Shown in pieces: positions 1-21,877 of a stretch of 64,000 bases of DNA. Made by a program: the position numbers and the translations under genes. This DNA is from Bugula neritina. Lineage: Eukaryota; Animalia; Bryozoa. The stretch is from positions 4,599,628 through 4,663,627 of the forward strand of contig OZ037771.1 in the NCBI GenBank assembly GCA_964035545.1. The letters run 5' to 3'. Position 1 is the first letter of the stretch, and each line of letters opens with the position of its first letter. The notes beneath the pieces are model-generated. The model saw only the letters and a list, made by a program, of their open reading frames with translations, ran no database searches and was not told where the DNA came from.

Positions 1-420
1 AAATGCACCACTTTGTTGTCATGTTTCATATAACATAATTTCTATCAGGTGTATTTGGCATTTACCAAATATTTTTGTCTATAGTTCTTTTAGTCTGTTT
101 TAAGACCTACGTTTTGTCAGAAGTTTTAGTATTTACACATAAAATGCATCTGGCAGCAACTTATAATGCTGAAACATTCAATATTTGTGAGGACAACTCT
201 ATTAGTTCTTAGGATTTTTACTTTAAATTCTAATGAACAAACATAAGTGTTAGCTGAGAAATTGAGTCATTATACTTGGCTAATTAATAATACCTTTACT
301 GAGTTGTAGTAGAAGTTCATTTAAAACTTGTAAGTTTAGAAAATGCTTGCAGATGTTTGGAGCAGAGGCTAGTTAAGGAAGATTAATGGTCAGATTAAAG
401 GGTAATGCTGTAAACTTATA

Positions 421-499
421 TATAAATATGATTGTATCCTTATCAGTTCAGTTGCATTGAGTGACTCTGTAAATCTCTCTTCTCCTTACTTGCTGGACA
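421..499 (+). promoter_or_regulatory. Putative core promoter (TATA + Inr) and non-coding first exon of the collagen gene
   Basis: TATAAA at 421; overlapping TCAGTT initiator motifs at 443-453 (A at 450 is 29 nt from the TATA); donor CA|GTAAGT at 499/500; acceptor TTTTAG at 984 just upstream of ATG 987. Confidence 0.55.
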
Positions 500-986
500 G
501 TAAGTTCTTCTCTATAATATTCACGTTGGTACTGGCACAAGTTTGCAGAGTATTTTTACTATAATATTTTTTTATATTTTCAAAAATCCAAACTTTGGCT
601 ATGATAGTTCAGTTCATAGCTTACAAGAAATGTAAAAACACAAAACTTTGTTGCCACACTAAGTTACATAAAAAATTAGAAAGTTTTGTTGTGTGCCACA
701 TTGTTGTGCTAATAAAACTTTTGTAATGCTTTATTATAGTTATTTTTGAAAAAAATACTTGTTGAAAGTAAGTACAATGTGAAAAATGTATTTACCTAAC
801 ATGAATAAACCTCATTAATAATTTTTGTAGGCCATATACTAATAAACACTTCATGTAGTTTTTATACATGTTTTGATAATTGCTAATTATTATATAGTTA
901 TTAAATATTTACATTTTATTATATATGATATTATACTTTTTCCCAAAGCATTGCAAACATGACACAGTTTTCTAAATATTTTAGAT

Positions 987-9445
<8,459 letters not shown>

Positions 9446-10393
9446 ACATTCTTTCAACAGCTAGGGCTTTACCTGACTTTTTATGGTAAAATGATTATTT
9501 GTTCATGTACAGCAGCCTTACTATCTTTCGATGTATAAATACTATGGGGCTATCAAATTCACTGAGTTCAGGGCTGGTATTTATATTGTGTTACACCGTT
9601 GCTTAATTTTTATAAAATGTATTAGTGTAATTTAAAAGTTTTTTGATTGTAATTTTTTTATTGGTTATTTATTGTACAATATACACGGTAATAAAATAAC
9701 ACATATTCAGTTTTGTTCATTTCTTGATCTTTAATACAATTTATAGTGCCGGAAATCTTCTTATATCTGAATAGTAATGTTATTATAAAACTAGCCAGTT
9801 GGAGTTTGGTATCTCACACAGGTACAAGAAAACATGTTATTATAGGGAATAGGTATTAGTGCTGCACATAAAAAGGCTTGTGCCTGTTTTCATTTCACAG
9901 TTTGAGTGAGAGAAGTAGTATAACTTTCAGTTATTACCAAGACAACCTAAGCTTCAAAATTTCAAGTTTCCGAGGCTATTCAATAGTTTTTAGCCATGAA
10001 AAATGGCAACTGTTCGAACATAATAAAAACTGCAAGAGCTTCTCGTAATTTTTTTGTAACTTTATTTGTCACTAAAATGTATTGTTGAACTTACATCAAT
10101 TTGTTATTTTGAGTTGCAATCCGTAACCAAATATTTTAAACATTTTTCAACATGCCAGTATTTCAGTGTTATGCAATTACTATTGAAGATAGTAAAAAGC
10201 TGCAACATAAAAATATTCTACATCACTATACTTATATAAGGTTCTGCACATGCACTCATGAACTTACAGAAACTTTAAATTACTATGCTTCTAATGTTTT
10301 CAATGTGTTTGAGCGTTTGTATTCTTGTAAATAAGCTAACAAAATCAGGCTGAAACTACAATTTGTTAACGATTTATTATTCGTGTGAATAAA

Positions 10394-12349
10394 TTAAATT
10401 GGAACACAAACAAGATCGTGTAGACCAGCAATAGCTCCGAATCCTCCAAACTTGAACTGAGAATCGGGCTTACAGTCCAGCTCATCGCCACAAGGACAGA
10501 CTGGCCCATTGAGATAGTTTACACACCTCTCCCCTTCACCACTCAACTTCCTGTAATTTTTTAATTAAAACTTTTAATTTAAATTAATTCTAAATGCTTA
10601 CAATAAAATGAATTAAATGCATTTGTAAGATTCATATCCAAGTGTTTTCATGCAAGGCTTTAAAGCTTGGCATTGAATATACAGTTGATTAAGTCAGGTA
10701 GACAATACGGAGGAGTCATAAAACTCAGAATTTTTGTAAACAGTTGTTATAAGTACCAACAATCATTGTTATAAGTAACAATCATTGATATGTAAACATA
10801 TTGCATTCGTTGTAAGTTAAACATACTTGCAGACTCCTCTTTTTTGCTTTGGTTGTCCGAATTTTCCATCAAAGCTGTCCAGAAACCCTTTGATTCCACT
10901 CTTTTCACTGAGAGCTGCCAACACTTTACCCAATTCAGGGTCTGGTTTGTTGTTTTTCTCTGTGGCCTTCCTGAAAGCTTCCAACTGTTGCAGATATGCT
11001 AAAATACGTTCATAATTATGTAGCCTGCTGTTACAATTATGTAGCTTGCAAGTTTGTCTTGATTTGAGTTTTGATTCAATAATTTGGAATCAAGAATTTA
11101 TTGCCCTATATGTAAATAAGCACATCCACAAGTTGTGTTACTATAGTACTATTGTTACTATAGTCTAAAACTATTTTTCTAAAATAAACTTAACTTGATT
11201 ATTACCAAAATAAACAAGGTTGAAGATTTCCCTATTTAATTTCCACAATCGCTTTTACTTAGAAACAAATTTTAAAATTCTGACTTTATGAGTAACTCAG
11301 AAGATAATAATAGTTTACAAGTATAAAATAAGAACGTCGGTTATGTATAGCTTTTAGATGACCTTCTACATGATTTTTTTGATAATAAGAAATTTCACAG
11401 TATCAGATATATTATACAAGACAACTCTAATAACATACAGACCACTTGTCAAAGAAATCCAGCCAGAAACAGCGAGCACTGGAGAAAGAAAACTCTCACC
11501 TATAATTTGAGCATCTGAAGCATCAATTGCCAGTCCACCAGCACCAATCACAGGCCTCCCTGTGGCTGTTGACATGGTAGTTGTTGGTACATCTGTACTC
11601 GTGCTATCTACATTTACCTGTTGCACAACTTTCATTGAATAATAGCAGAATGATTATTGCTTATTGCATGTAAAACTGAAGTAATAATTTTGTTGACACC
11701 AATCAAATTGTGAGTTGTAACACCCTGAATCTAGAAAAAAATCTCGAGCTCTATATTTGTAGATATTATTATTCTTATACTTTTTAAGAATTTATTATGC
11801 TAAATATTCTAGTTGGCTTAAAGTTATTTTTGTCTTCTCTGAGTATTTACCGGTTTTTGAAAAGATTAACAACTTCAAAACTCAAATTTAAAATACATAC
11901 AACAACAGACTACTACCAGTGCAGTGAGTGAGTAAAAAATACTTGTAATATTTATATATATGCACGATGAATGTATTTTGTAATACCTCCGCGACTTCAT
12001 CTCGTTTTCCCAGAAGTCCATTGCCTCGAGTCACTACACAACACTCGTTTTCCTCACAATCTAGGAAAGTCTCACAGCGTCTGGTTTCACTTGTCAAGTC
12101 AGCAAATGAAGCGCAGAATACCTGGTAAGGTGCTAACTGCTGATTAACATTGCTATTTGCTAAATCATGTTGCTAGTTGTTAGTTATATTATCTATGCAT
12201 TTTATATCCATTGTACCAATAACCACAATATATGATAAATAATGGCAGACCTGTTAATCAAATAGCAACAATTTGTAATATAGCAATATTACCTGTGAAA
12301 CGGGTACGAGAACAGTTAGGAACAAGAGAAAGGTACAAGGCGACTCCAT
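10394..12349 (-). CDS. Secreted prokineticin/Dickkopf/colipase-fold (10-Cys) prepro-protein with KR-flanked internal insert; ~212 aa, 5 exons
   Basis: Exons 12349-12293, 12121-11987, 11617-11500, 10998-10827, 10550-10394; all GT-AG and in phase. Signal peptide MESPCTFLLFLTVLVPVSQVFC; CETFLDCEENECCVV..GKR [96 aa] KRGVCKKLSGEGERC..CPCGDELDC..LVCVPI*. Minus-strand AATAAA at 10378-10373. Confidence 0.88.
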
Positions 12350-12867
12350 GTTGACTGTACAAGCTATTACGTCAACTGAATGTTATTTGCCTGTACCAAC
12401 ACCATATGCTTTCTTTCCCATAATTCTTGTGTAAACAGCGTAGCTGCGATACTTCTGGCTTTCCTGGCTTATCAATAAATTATTGCTAACCATTTACTTA
12501 TCATTCTTACAAATTTTCCAGTAGCATTGAAATATTGTCAACTTTTTTGTCCTAGTTGCTTCTAACATTGGTAGAACCTGAGCTAAGCTACCCAAAGAGA
12601 GGACAAACCTTGAAACAGTTGCCTTAAAGAGACCGAGTCATTTCTATAGTAACTATAAGCCAATATCACATTTGCTAGAAAATGTTGTGCTCTGAACGGA
12701 GAACAGAAGACGATTTTTGTACTATAACATTTAGGTCACTTATAAGCCTATATTAGTAATGCTTAGAAACAAAATAAACTGCCCCTTTACGTAAAAATAA
12801 GTTTTATGATCACTCTGATACAGAAGTGGCTCAAAATTATTTATACAAGTTTACTATGTGGTTCAAC

Positions 12868-12990
12868 CACCCCCTCTTCACACACCCCCTCTTTACACAC
12901 CCCTTCTTCACACACCTCGTCTTCACACACCCCTCTTCACACACCCCCTTTCATACACCCCCTCTTCACACACCCCGCTTCACACACTCG
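12868..12990. repeat. C/A-rich minisatellite (~15-bp CACACCCCCTCTTCA unit)
   Basis: Direct reading, ~8 degenerate copies; source of the HTP-rich spurious ORFs. Confidence 0.85.
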
Positions 12991-13839
12991 AAGCGCACAC
13001 ACATGCTCACACTTGCATGCAGCATGTACAATTTTGTTTATCCCAAATATATTTTTAAATAAAACTGTCTTCATAGGATATACTTTTATTACCAGACAGT
13101 CATTGTTTAGATACAGATATAATATTCTTAAAATTTAAAGTTCACAAATAAAGCATTAAATAGCACCATTGTTATAGTAGTTATATTATTATGCACCTGT
13201 AAAAAATAATTCAGCAAAACCTATTGCAGCTGATCTATAGAATGCTAAATGTAGCATATTATATTCTTATGCTAGATTATTCTATAGTGTGTTTGCACAA
13301 AGACTGTCGTATATCAATAAAAAATTGTAATTACTCAAAAATATAATATAATATATTTATATATAAATACATATTCAACTTGGCAAAAAATATAACGCAC
13401 AATAATAATGAGCTATTAGAAAAATCATTTCTTATAATTGATTTTTTTTCTTAAACTAGCTAATAGGATAAAGCAAGATATAATAAAGTATAATACAAGA
13501 TAATGCATTATAATACATAATATGATATTGTATAATAATGCATAATATGATGTAATATAGTATAATATATTTTAATACAATATATAAAATATTATAGTAT
13601 AGTGTAATATATATCAAAACATAATACAATAATTCAATATAATAAAATATAGTTCATATTTTATCATATTATATGCCTTTAGGAGCAACATATTATAAAG
13701 TCCTATATGAATAAACTTATATTATGCAAATATGCTACTATTTTACAATTAGTCTTTATGTACATTTGGCTCCATAAAATGTTAATGCAATCAGTTGTCA
13801 ACAGAGTCCAGAGCTCAACTCCTTTGAAGGTTAAAAGTG

Positions 13840-16800
13840 TCAATCACTAGACAGTTCAGTGATGGTGAGCAAAGCAATACCACCAGTGATAGTAGCGAGT
13901 GTAATGAGTAATCCCAACCTACAAGCATATAAACTACTGTATATTATATACAGTAATTCAACCTACAAGCATATAAACTACTGTATATTATATAGAGTAA
14001 ATCAACCTAATAGCATATAAACTACTCTATATTATGTAGAGTAATTCCTCCCTACAAGCATATAAATTACTCTATATTATATAGAGTAAATCAACTTGCA
14101 AGCATATGAACTACTCTATATTATAATATAGAGTAATCCCAACATACAAGCATATAAACTACTGTATATTATATAAAGTAATTCCTCCCCACAAGCATAT
14201 AAACTACTCTATATTATGTAGAGTAATTCAACCTAATAGCATATAAACTAGGTACTGTTTTTACAGACTAATCCAACCTACAAGCATATAAACTACTGTA
14301 TATTATATAGAGTAATCCAACCTGCAAGTAGATGAAGTTGCTCCCTTATTTTAAATTTTAACATCTTATAATTAAATGTTTAACTGAGAGACTCGCTAAT
14401 AACCGAGGTAAGTTATTCTTCACCTTTGAACTACATGTTACAGCATTAGGCGCTGTTACTTGATGAATTGAATTTATTATTGCAAGCATCAATATTAATA
14501 GTATATGATAAATTCCCACTTTATGAACATTACACATTTTTTAAGACTATAACTACTAATGATATAAGCTTTAACTTTTAGCAGATGCTTTGTTCCAAAG
14601 AAATGGCTATATACCTACAGTGAACATGAGAAGGTAACCCTACAATAATGCACTTTTGTGAATGAAAATCTAAAGCGGCTAAAAACAGAATCAAACTGTC
14701 ACACATTCATGCCGTACTCTACTTTATACATAAGAGAACTGTGAAAGAACTTACAGAAATTTAGAAGACTTGAGAATGACTCCATGTTCAGCTGCAGCTC
14801 TTACAGCTATTACGTTGCTAATAGCAGCATAAATTGTCAAGTTAGCTGTAAATAAAAATAAACCAAGTATACTCTTCATGTATAAGCTTATTATAATTTT
14901 TTATTATTTGAGCAATTACTATTTTGCTATTTAATGCTACTGCAGCATTCATTTTTAGCTGTTAGGATGCATAAATAGATTTTAAACACATTTAATTAAG
15001 TGCTGTTTGGAAAAAACATGAAAGTTATTAGTTAAACTAAATATTTGCTACACCCACATTATTAATAAATGTTTTGTGTAAATTTTGTAAATTTCTCTAA
15101 AAATTCTTTTTTATATGACACCGACATATATGAGATGCATTTATAGTGCAATGATCTCTTACTAAAGTACTGTACACTGAGATGATTATACAATGACATC
15201 TTACCACCTAGGAGAAAGCCGGTTACTTGGCATATTCTACTTGTTCCATAAAAAGATGAATAGTGTTTTTCCAACTTTTTGAATATATTCATCTGCAACA
15301 AAATATAATAAATACTATAATATATAATATTATACATAAAAAATAAACAATACCACAGCACAATGACAAAGTATAGAAGTAAATTATTGATGCAGAATTT
15401 GAGATATTTGATGTATAACTTAGATAATTATCACTGTATACATTTGAAACTAAAAGCCTTGGAATTTTCAAAACGAAAATTGAACTCTAAAATTATATTA
15501 ATAGTATAAAATTGCATTTAAAACAAAAAAATTGTTAAAAAGTAATGCTAAACGCAGTAAACAAAGCAATTGGAATTTTCAGCAAATCTGTGATTCTATA
15601 GTCTTAAACATTAAGTTATAAAAACTGTTAGAGAACCACTGCCTAGCTTCATATAAATCTAATTTTCAGTTTTAAATGTCTACATTCTTTAACGTCTGTA
15701 ATATAATAATTGTCATCATGGCTTTAAAATTCACAAAACTGCATAGATTTGATAATTTGAAAAAACTTAACTGATGATTCCTGGGTAAAATGGTACAATA
15801 CTAATATTATATTTAAAAGTTTTTGTATACAGCTACACTTTTTATTAAGGAATTAGATTACAACACTATAGTAAACAGAGATTACTGCCACTTTTTACTC
15901 AAGTCTCTATATAATAATCACTAGTTTCTATTATATGCAACTGAAAGAATCATACGTCAATTTTTAGTGCTAAAAATTAAATCTGATCAAACCGAAAAGT
16001 GTTGACTATGCAATTTTCATACAGCGTGTTTATGCTTTCTAAAACAGTACAAATATAAACATTACTAGCATGATATTCTTACAAAATGCTTCAATACAAA
16101 TTATTGAGGATCTACAATCTTCTTATTTGATATTTTTGCGTTTTTCTGAAATAAAACTCAAAAAAAATGATACAAAACAATTAGAAGCTACATATCCACT
16201 CTAAATATCATAGTTACCATCTTTGGTGCAAGCGTCTCTACGCCAAGCAATGCTGATAAAGCTGCTGATGACATGATAACAGAGAGAAGAAACAGGAAAT
16301 GGATTGCTGACTTGGAATTTAGACCTGTTTGAAGATCTAAAATCTGCTTGTAAGCAGTACTGATCCAGTCTAACACATCTCCAGTCAGCAACATCTGTAA
16401 GAACAGCAACCTTCATTTTAGATAATTAAAAAGCTGGTGTATTTTATCGCTTAATTTTAGAGATTTAAAATTCGTTTTAAAAATGCATAATTTCCCACTT
16501 GTTTTTAAAAAATAAAATGAGACAAGATAGAAGAAGCTCTAGCAAATACAAAACTTATTTTAGGCCATTTAATATTGCTTTCAAATGTTGAATTCCAAAT
16601 TTGAAAGCAGTATTGAAACAATTTCCTTCTTTTTCATATTTCAAATATTCTTGTAAATAGAAGTTTTAGAAAAAACTCAGCATTCAAGAGCTGAGGCCTT
16701 TACCACACCTTACTCAAACATAGCTTTATAGCATTATAATCTTTGTCAACTATGATAAATCCTATCACTCTGCACTACAGTCTTTGTCAAATGCATAGAT

Positions 16801-19800
16801 GTCTGATATATTACAGTACCAATTCATATATCCAGGAATAAAAGCTGTCTGGTACAGCCATATGATACAACATCTGTATTGTGCATTACTAACAATTAAT
16901 GAAAAGTTAGTTACAATAGATGCATAATAGACAAAAATTAAAAACACAATTATTGCACTAGTGCATATTTAAGCAACGCTTATCCCTCATTCACACTTAC
17001 CGTAACATAAACATATGTCGTAACGTAAAATGTCAGCCATTTTTAATGTGCGCGGGCTGAAGTTTTCAAAGTTGGCTGTTAGGTACGATCTATGACACTT
17101 CATTGGACAATTATATCCAATGAGTTAACGCAAAAGTTTTTCTGTTTGCTGCAACTTATTTGAATCAAACAGTGTTTGATCCTACCGTACAGCCGTACAG
17201 GAAGCTCAGGAATTTGTAAAAATGGCTGATATTTGCTGTTACGGCGTACTATACTATAAGTGTAAATATGGGCTTATCCTCTTTCTCAGTGTAGCAACGC
17301 AAGTTGTGAAGTACATTTGGTAAAGTTATTTTTAGGTTTGAAATTTGAGGTCTCTAGATATCAAGTAAATAAAAAAAAGCTAAATAAACTCAACCTCTGT
17401 TGTATATCTGTACAGAGCTATATAAAGGAGTGTGAGCCAGTTAATAGATTTAATAACTCTCTCTTCACCACCGGTTGCTATGACAACGCAGACGGCTGCT
17501 GTTAGTGAAACAATCCCTGGTGTGAATGTTAGCACGTTCCAACACTCCCAATCAATCCACCAAAATAAGGGAGTGGCTATGACTGTCTAAAAGAGTAACA
17601 AATTAATATGATTGAAAATCTTAATGATGAGTAGTTAAACTTGACAAATTAGCCCATCAACAATTATAATATAATCTTGGCCATATAAATTTGATTTTGA
17701 TTGAACATTGAAAATTTAATTCAATAATATATAAATGTTTTAGTGAGTGCCAAAAAAGTGGACGAGATGATTAAGTTATATTGAAGAGATAAAAAACTAA
17801 AGTGTGACTGCTAATTTTTGATGCAAGTTTAAATAATACAGTCATTTTGCAAAACACGCGGGGGTTTTATAGAATAGCTAAGGACAATGTATATACATTA
17901 TATAACTATGCATCACTTACTGTTCCTACCATTTACAGAGAGTACAATGACCTACATGCTTATATTACTCTATAATACTTACTGTACTTACTATAATTAC
18001 TATATTTACTATATATAGAATATAACTTACAATATTTACTGTCCCTACTATATATACTATATAGTATACTGTGTACTTGTGCAGCATACTTACTATCAGA
18101 GTGAGTATAGAGCATATTAAGAGTTGTGAATAACTGGCTATCCTGTACTTGCTATAGATATCATATGACTCATTGATATCTTCAGACACAGTTTCCACAC
18201 TGTCATATTCACTTTTGTTGGATGAAGGAGTTGTCACATCTTTGTTTAGCAATGCGTTGTACTTTTCATTAATAAGTTGTACACACGTGAAGCTGGCTGC
18301 AGTGAGTGGAGTGATTGTTTTCACCCAGTTGCCAAGTATCACGGCTTTATGCTGTAAATGGTATATATACTTGGAATTATTTGAAACATACGAGTAACAT
18401 TTGAATATTTGAAGAATCATGTAATAAGGTATTACAGTAACTCAACTCTATGTATACTGGGATTACAAGAGTTTAAATTCTTACGTAAAAAAAACTAATT
18501 TCACCAAGTTTATAAGTTGTGAAAATGTTAATGAACAATTTTTGAACTTGAGAAAACTCTTTCATGTTATTAAAAAGTAGATAACTGGCGTGATTATTTA
18601 GTCTCATTACAAGCAAAGATTTTATTTTAAAGCAAAATTAGTAAATGCAAACCTATGATGAAATCAATTACTTGTGATACAAATTAAAGTTTGAAAATAT
18701 GAAAAAATATTAGCTATGAACTATTAATTCGTCAATGCTATTCACCTAATTACTTATTTCTTATTTATGTTGTTGATAAAATAGTTACTTTTTGCTATAT
18801 TCTGTAACTGTATACTATGTTGTGTACCTTGTTATTTACATGAGAAGCAGGGTGTGTCTGCCTCAACTGCTGTTTTCTGATGAGTGGAAACCACATGCAG
18901 ACACCTGCTACTACTGAACACAACATGCCAACACCAAACAGCTTGACACTAATGTCTACTTCACTCAGAGACATGGCTATGAAGTCAGTGTTTTGAAGAG
19001 GAGATATGACATCATTTCCTATCACCGTCAATAGGTTACCGACGTTGGTGGCGATAATGACACCCGCGACTAAAGAGCTTCCCACCAAATGGTGAGCTTC
19101 TGATATGCTGAAACATTAAGTTAATATGTGACTCGAAAATTAAAAGAGCACCTTTAGGCAATTGACAAATTAAGAAGCAATTAGCAAATGACCAAGCAAT
19201 TGGCAATTGACAAATCAACAAGCAATTAGCAATTGACAAGATAACGAGCAATTAGCAAATTACCAAGCAATTAGCAATTGTCATCATTAATTAACAAGGA
19301 ACAAGCAAAAAGCAAACTAATAAGCAGGCAACTAACACAGAAATGAAGCAGAAGAGCTACATTAAAGCAATAAGAAGTCGAAGTTTATCACAATAGTTTT
19401 AAATTTGGTCCTGGTGTGGGAAATAGCACTCTATGAGTGTAGAATTTGCTTTAATTTATTATCTTTATAAAGCTCACTTTTTATCAGCAAATCAAAAGCT
19501 TTTGAATATCTAATTGTTTTCAACTTGTATATACAAAATAGTACTTTATGGTACACTGCTGTAGGCCTATATAATACACCATCAAGATTACAATCAAGCT
19601 AGTCTATGCATATGAGTTAAATATATTTATAAATTGTTTAGATAATGGCAAGAAACTAAAGTGTAAAAGCTTACAAGTTTCTGAGCATGTGGGACCCAGG
19701 AACTTCTAGATAGGTACGGTTTTTAATGCTATCACGGAATGCTTGTAATTTTAATTAACATATTCTATCACAAATGAGATATTTTTTCAAGTAGCTTTTC

Positions 19801-21794
19801 TACATAATTACTGCAGCCGTTTCTTATTTTTTATTCAGTTTGCTATCAATTTAAATTTTGTGAGTCCATAATTAACTTTGCCAACTATATAGGCTATTTA
19901 TGTTTATTACAGAGACGGAGTTCTTTTAATTGAATATTATGCATACACCTAGAATTAAAATGAATAAACAAGAAACATTTTTACTATTAGTTTATCTATA
20001 TTGAAGGGAAACATATATATATATAAATAAAATAGTAATGAAACCATTTCTTGTTTATTTATTTTCAATCAATTAATAGCCTCGCAAGGATATATATATA
20101 TTCAAAATAGAGCTTTATGTATGTAGATTATTAAACTATAACTCACCAAATAGCCAAAGGAACAACCAGCTGGACAGTGTTGGTTCTACCTATTAGTGAA
20201 GATAGCAGAAGAGCTAGCAGTATTACTGACAGGGCACACAACTTCCAGTTTTCTCTGCAGACTTTACTGATCTAAAATGAATGCTTTAGTAACCATGGCA
20301 ACCAAAGAACTTTAAATAACACTGCATCATGAGAAATAGTTTTTATTCTATAATAATCAGATTATAAATGCTGCTATCTCATATTTGAAAATAATATTTG
20401 CTGATTTCATACTATATAAGAAGAAATGTAAAAGCCAATTTCTACATTTCTGATAATTTAAGAAATGTAAGAAAACTCGTTATATAAAAATATCAATTTT
20501 AGATAATTTTTTTAATAAATCAATTAAAACAATTTAAAACGCTCACTCAATAACTTATTTTAAACAAAAGCATTTCTTGTTTTAATGCTAAACTTACTAA
20601 AGGCTTTGTATGAATACATAATATGAACGTTTATAAGTAAAATATTGTCACACAGAAACCCCAGTATATACAACTACCTTACCAGTTATACTAGAGTTAG
20701 TGGTTAGTAGTTAGTAGTACATATACATAAAATTCACGTGGTTTTATAGTCACTATCCCTGTGAAAACCCCTGATGGAAAAGTTTTAGAAAGCTAATTAA
20801 GGACTTAATGTTTTCTATTGTAGCAAAAAAACAACTGACTGGGTGCTCTTCCTAACATCACCAATGGCCTTTACTGAGGTTCGAACCCATGATTTTGTGT
20901 TTACTACCCCAGCGCTCCAACCCCCAGCCTATGGCTGCTAATAGTGCACAAACCGATCAGTAGTTAACAAGTAGATAGTTCTTAATTTACCAGATGAGTC
21001 ATGGAGCTGTAGAGTCCTGAATGGATGAGACTATTGACCAGAACCATCATACTGGCCACCTGTAGTAGCTGATCCAACAGGCTACCAGGAATAATGGTGG
21101 AGACGTGTGGGAACTCCCCGACTGCTCTCAGCTCAGCTGTCTATACAGTATAAGTTTTTCTATTCAATAATAATTACATGTGATAGACTAAGTTAGACTG
21201 TGTGATAATTTTGGCAGGGGGGGGGGGGAGCTGAACAGACTCTTCTAAGTAAACCAGCTCTGGCTATGACTACAACTATATTACATGTTTTATTATGCTA
21301 TAAAGACTTTAAAATGTGATTTGCCATTATAGCTTACTACAAAGCCAATTTAAAATTGTATCCAAGATATTGCTGATTCTAATAGACACTGCTGAGTTTA
21401 TATACTATATTATCATATTATATTATTAACAAAACATGGCTCATGAAGTTTAATTTAGTACATATGCAGTGCAGGTAGTTGTTTTTACAAAATTACATAA
21501 TTATTAGCAACAGGTCTCTGTTAATATTATCTATAAGTGACGGTACTAATCAGAGCTGATAAACTAACATTCAGTTACATTACCTGGAAGAGATAATGAG
21601 TAGTTGTAGATATTCCAGCAGCTATCAGCAACAGTACAATGGGTGGTAAGTACTAAAATAACAACAATAACATTTTCTTATTGTGTAATAATTGTGTAAT
21701 AATCCTAAACAAATACCATTATTCTAAAGATAATGGAACTTTTATCATTTACATAACATTTACAGCAGCGTTAGTTGTATTATTCTATAGATGT

Positions 21795-21877
<83 letters not shown>

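Noticed and set aside
16765-16947. Possible extra exon of the OCA2-like gene (acceptor at 16874, MLYHMAVPDSFYSWIYEL)
   Set aside because: Exons 17586-17395 and 16394-16218 already join in phase and align continuously with the P-protein pattern; this segment hits a stop and has only weak donors.
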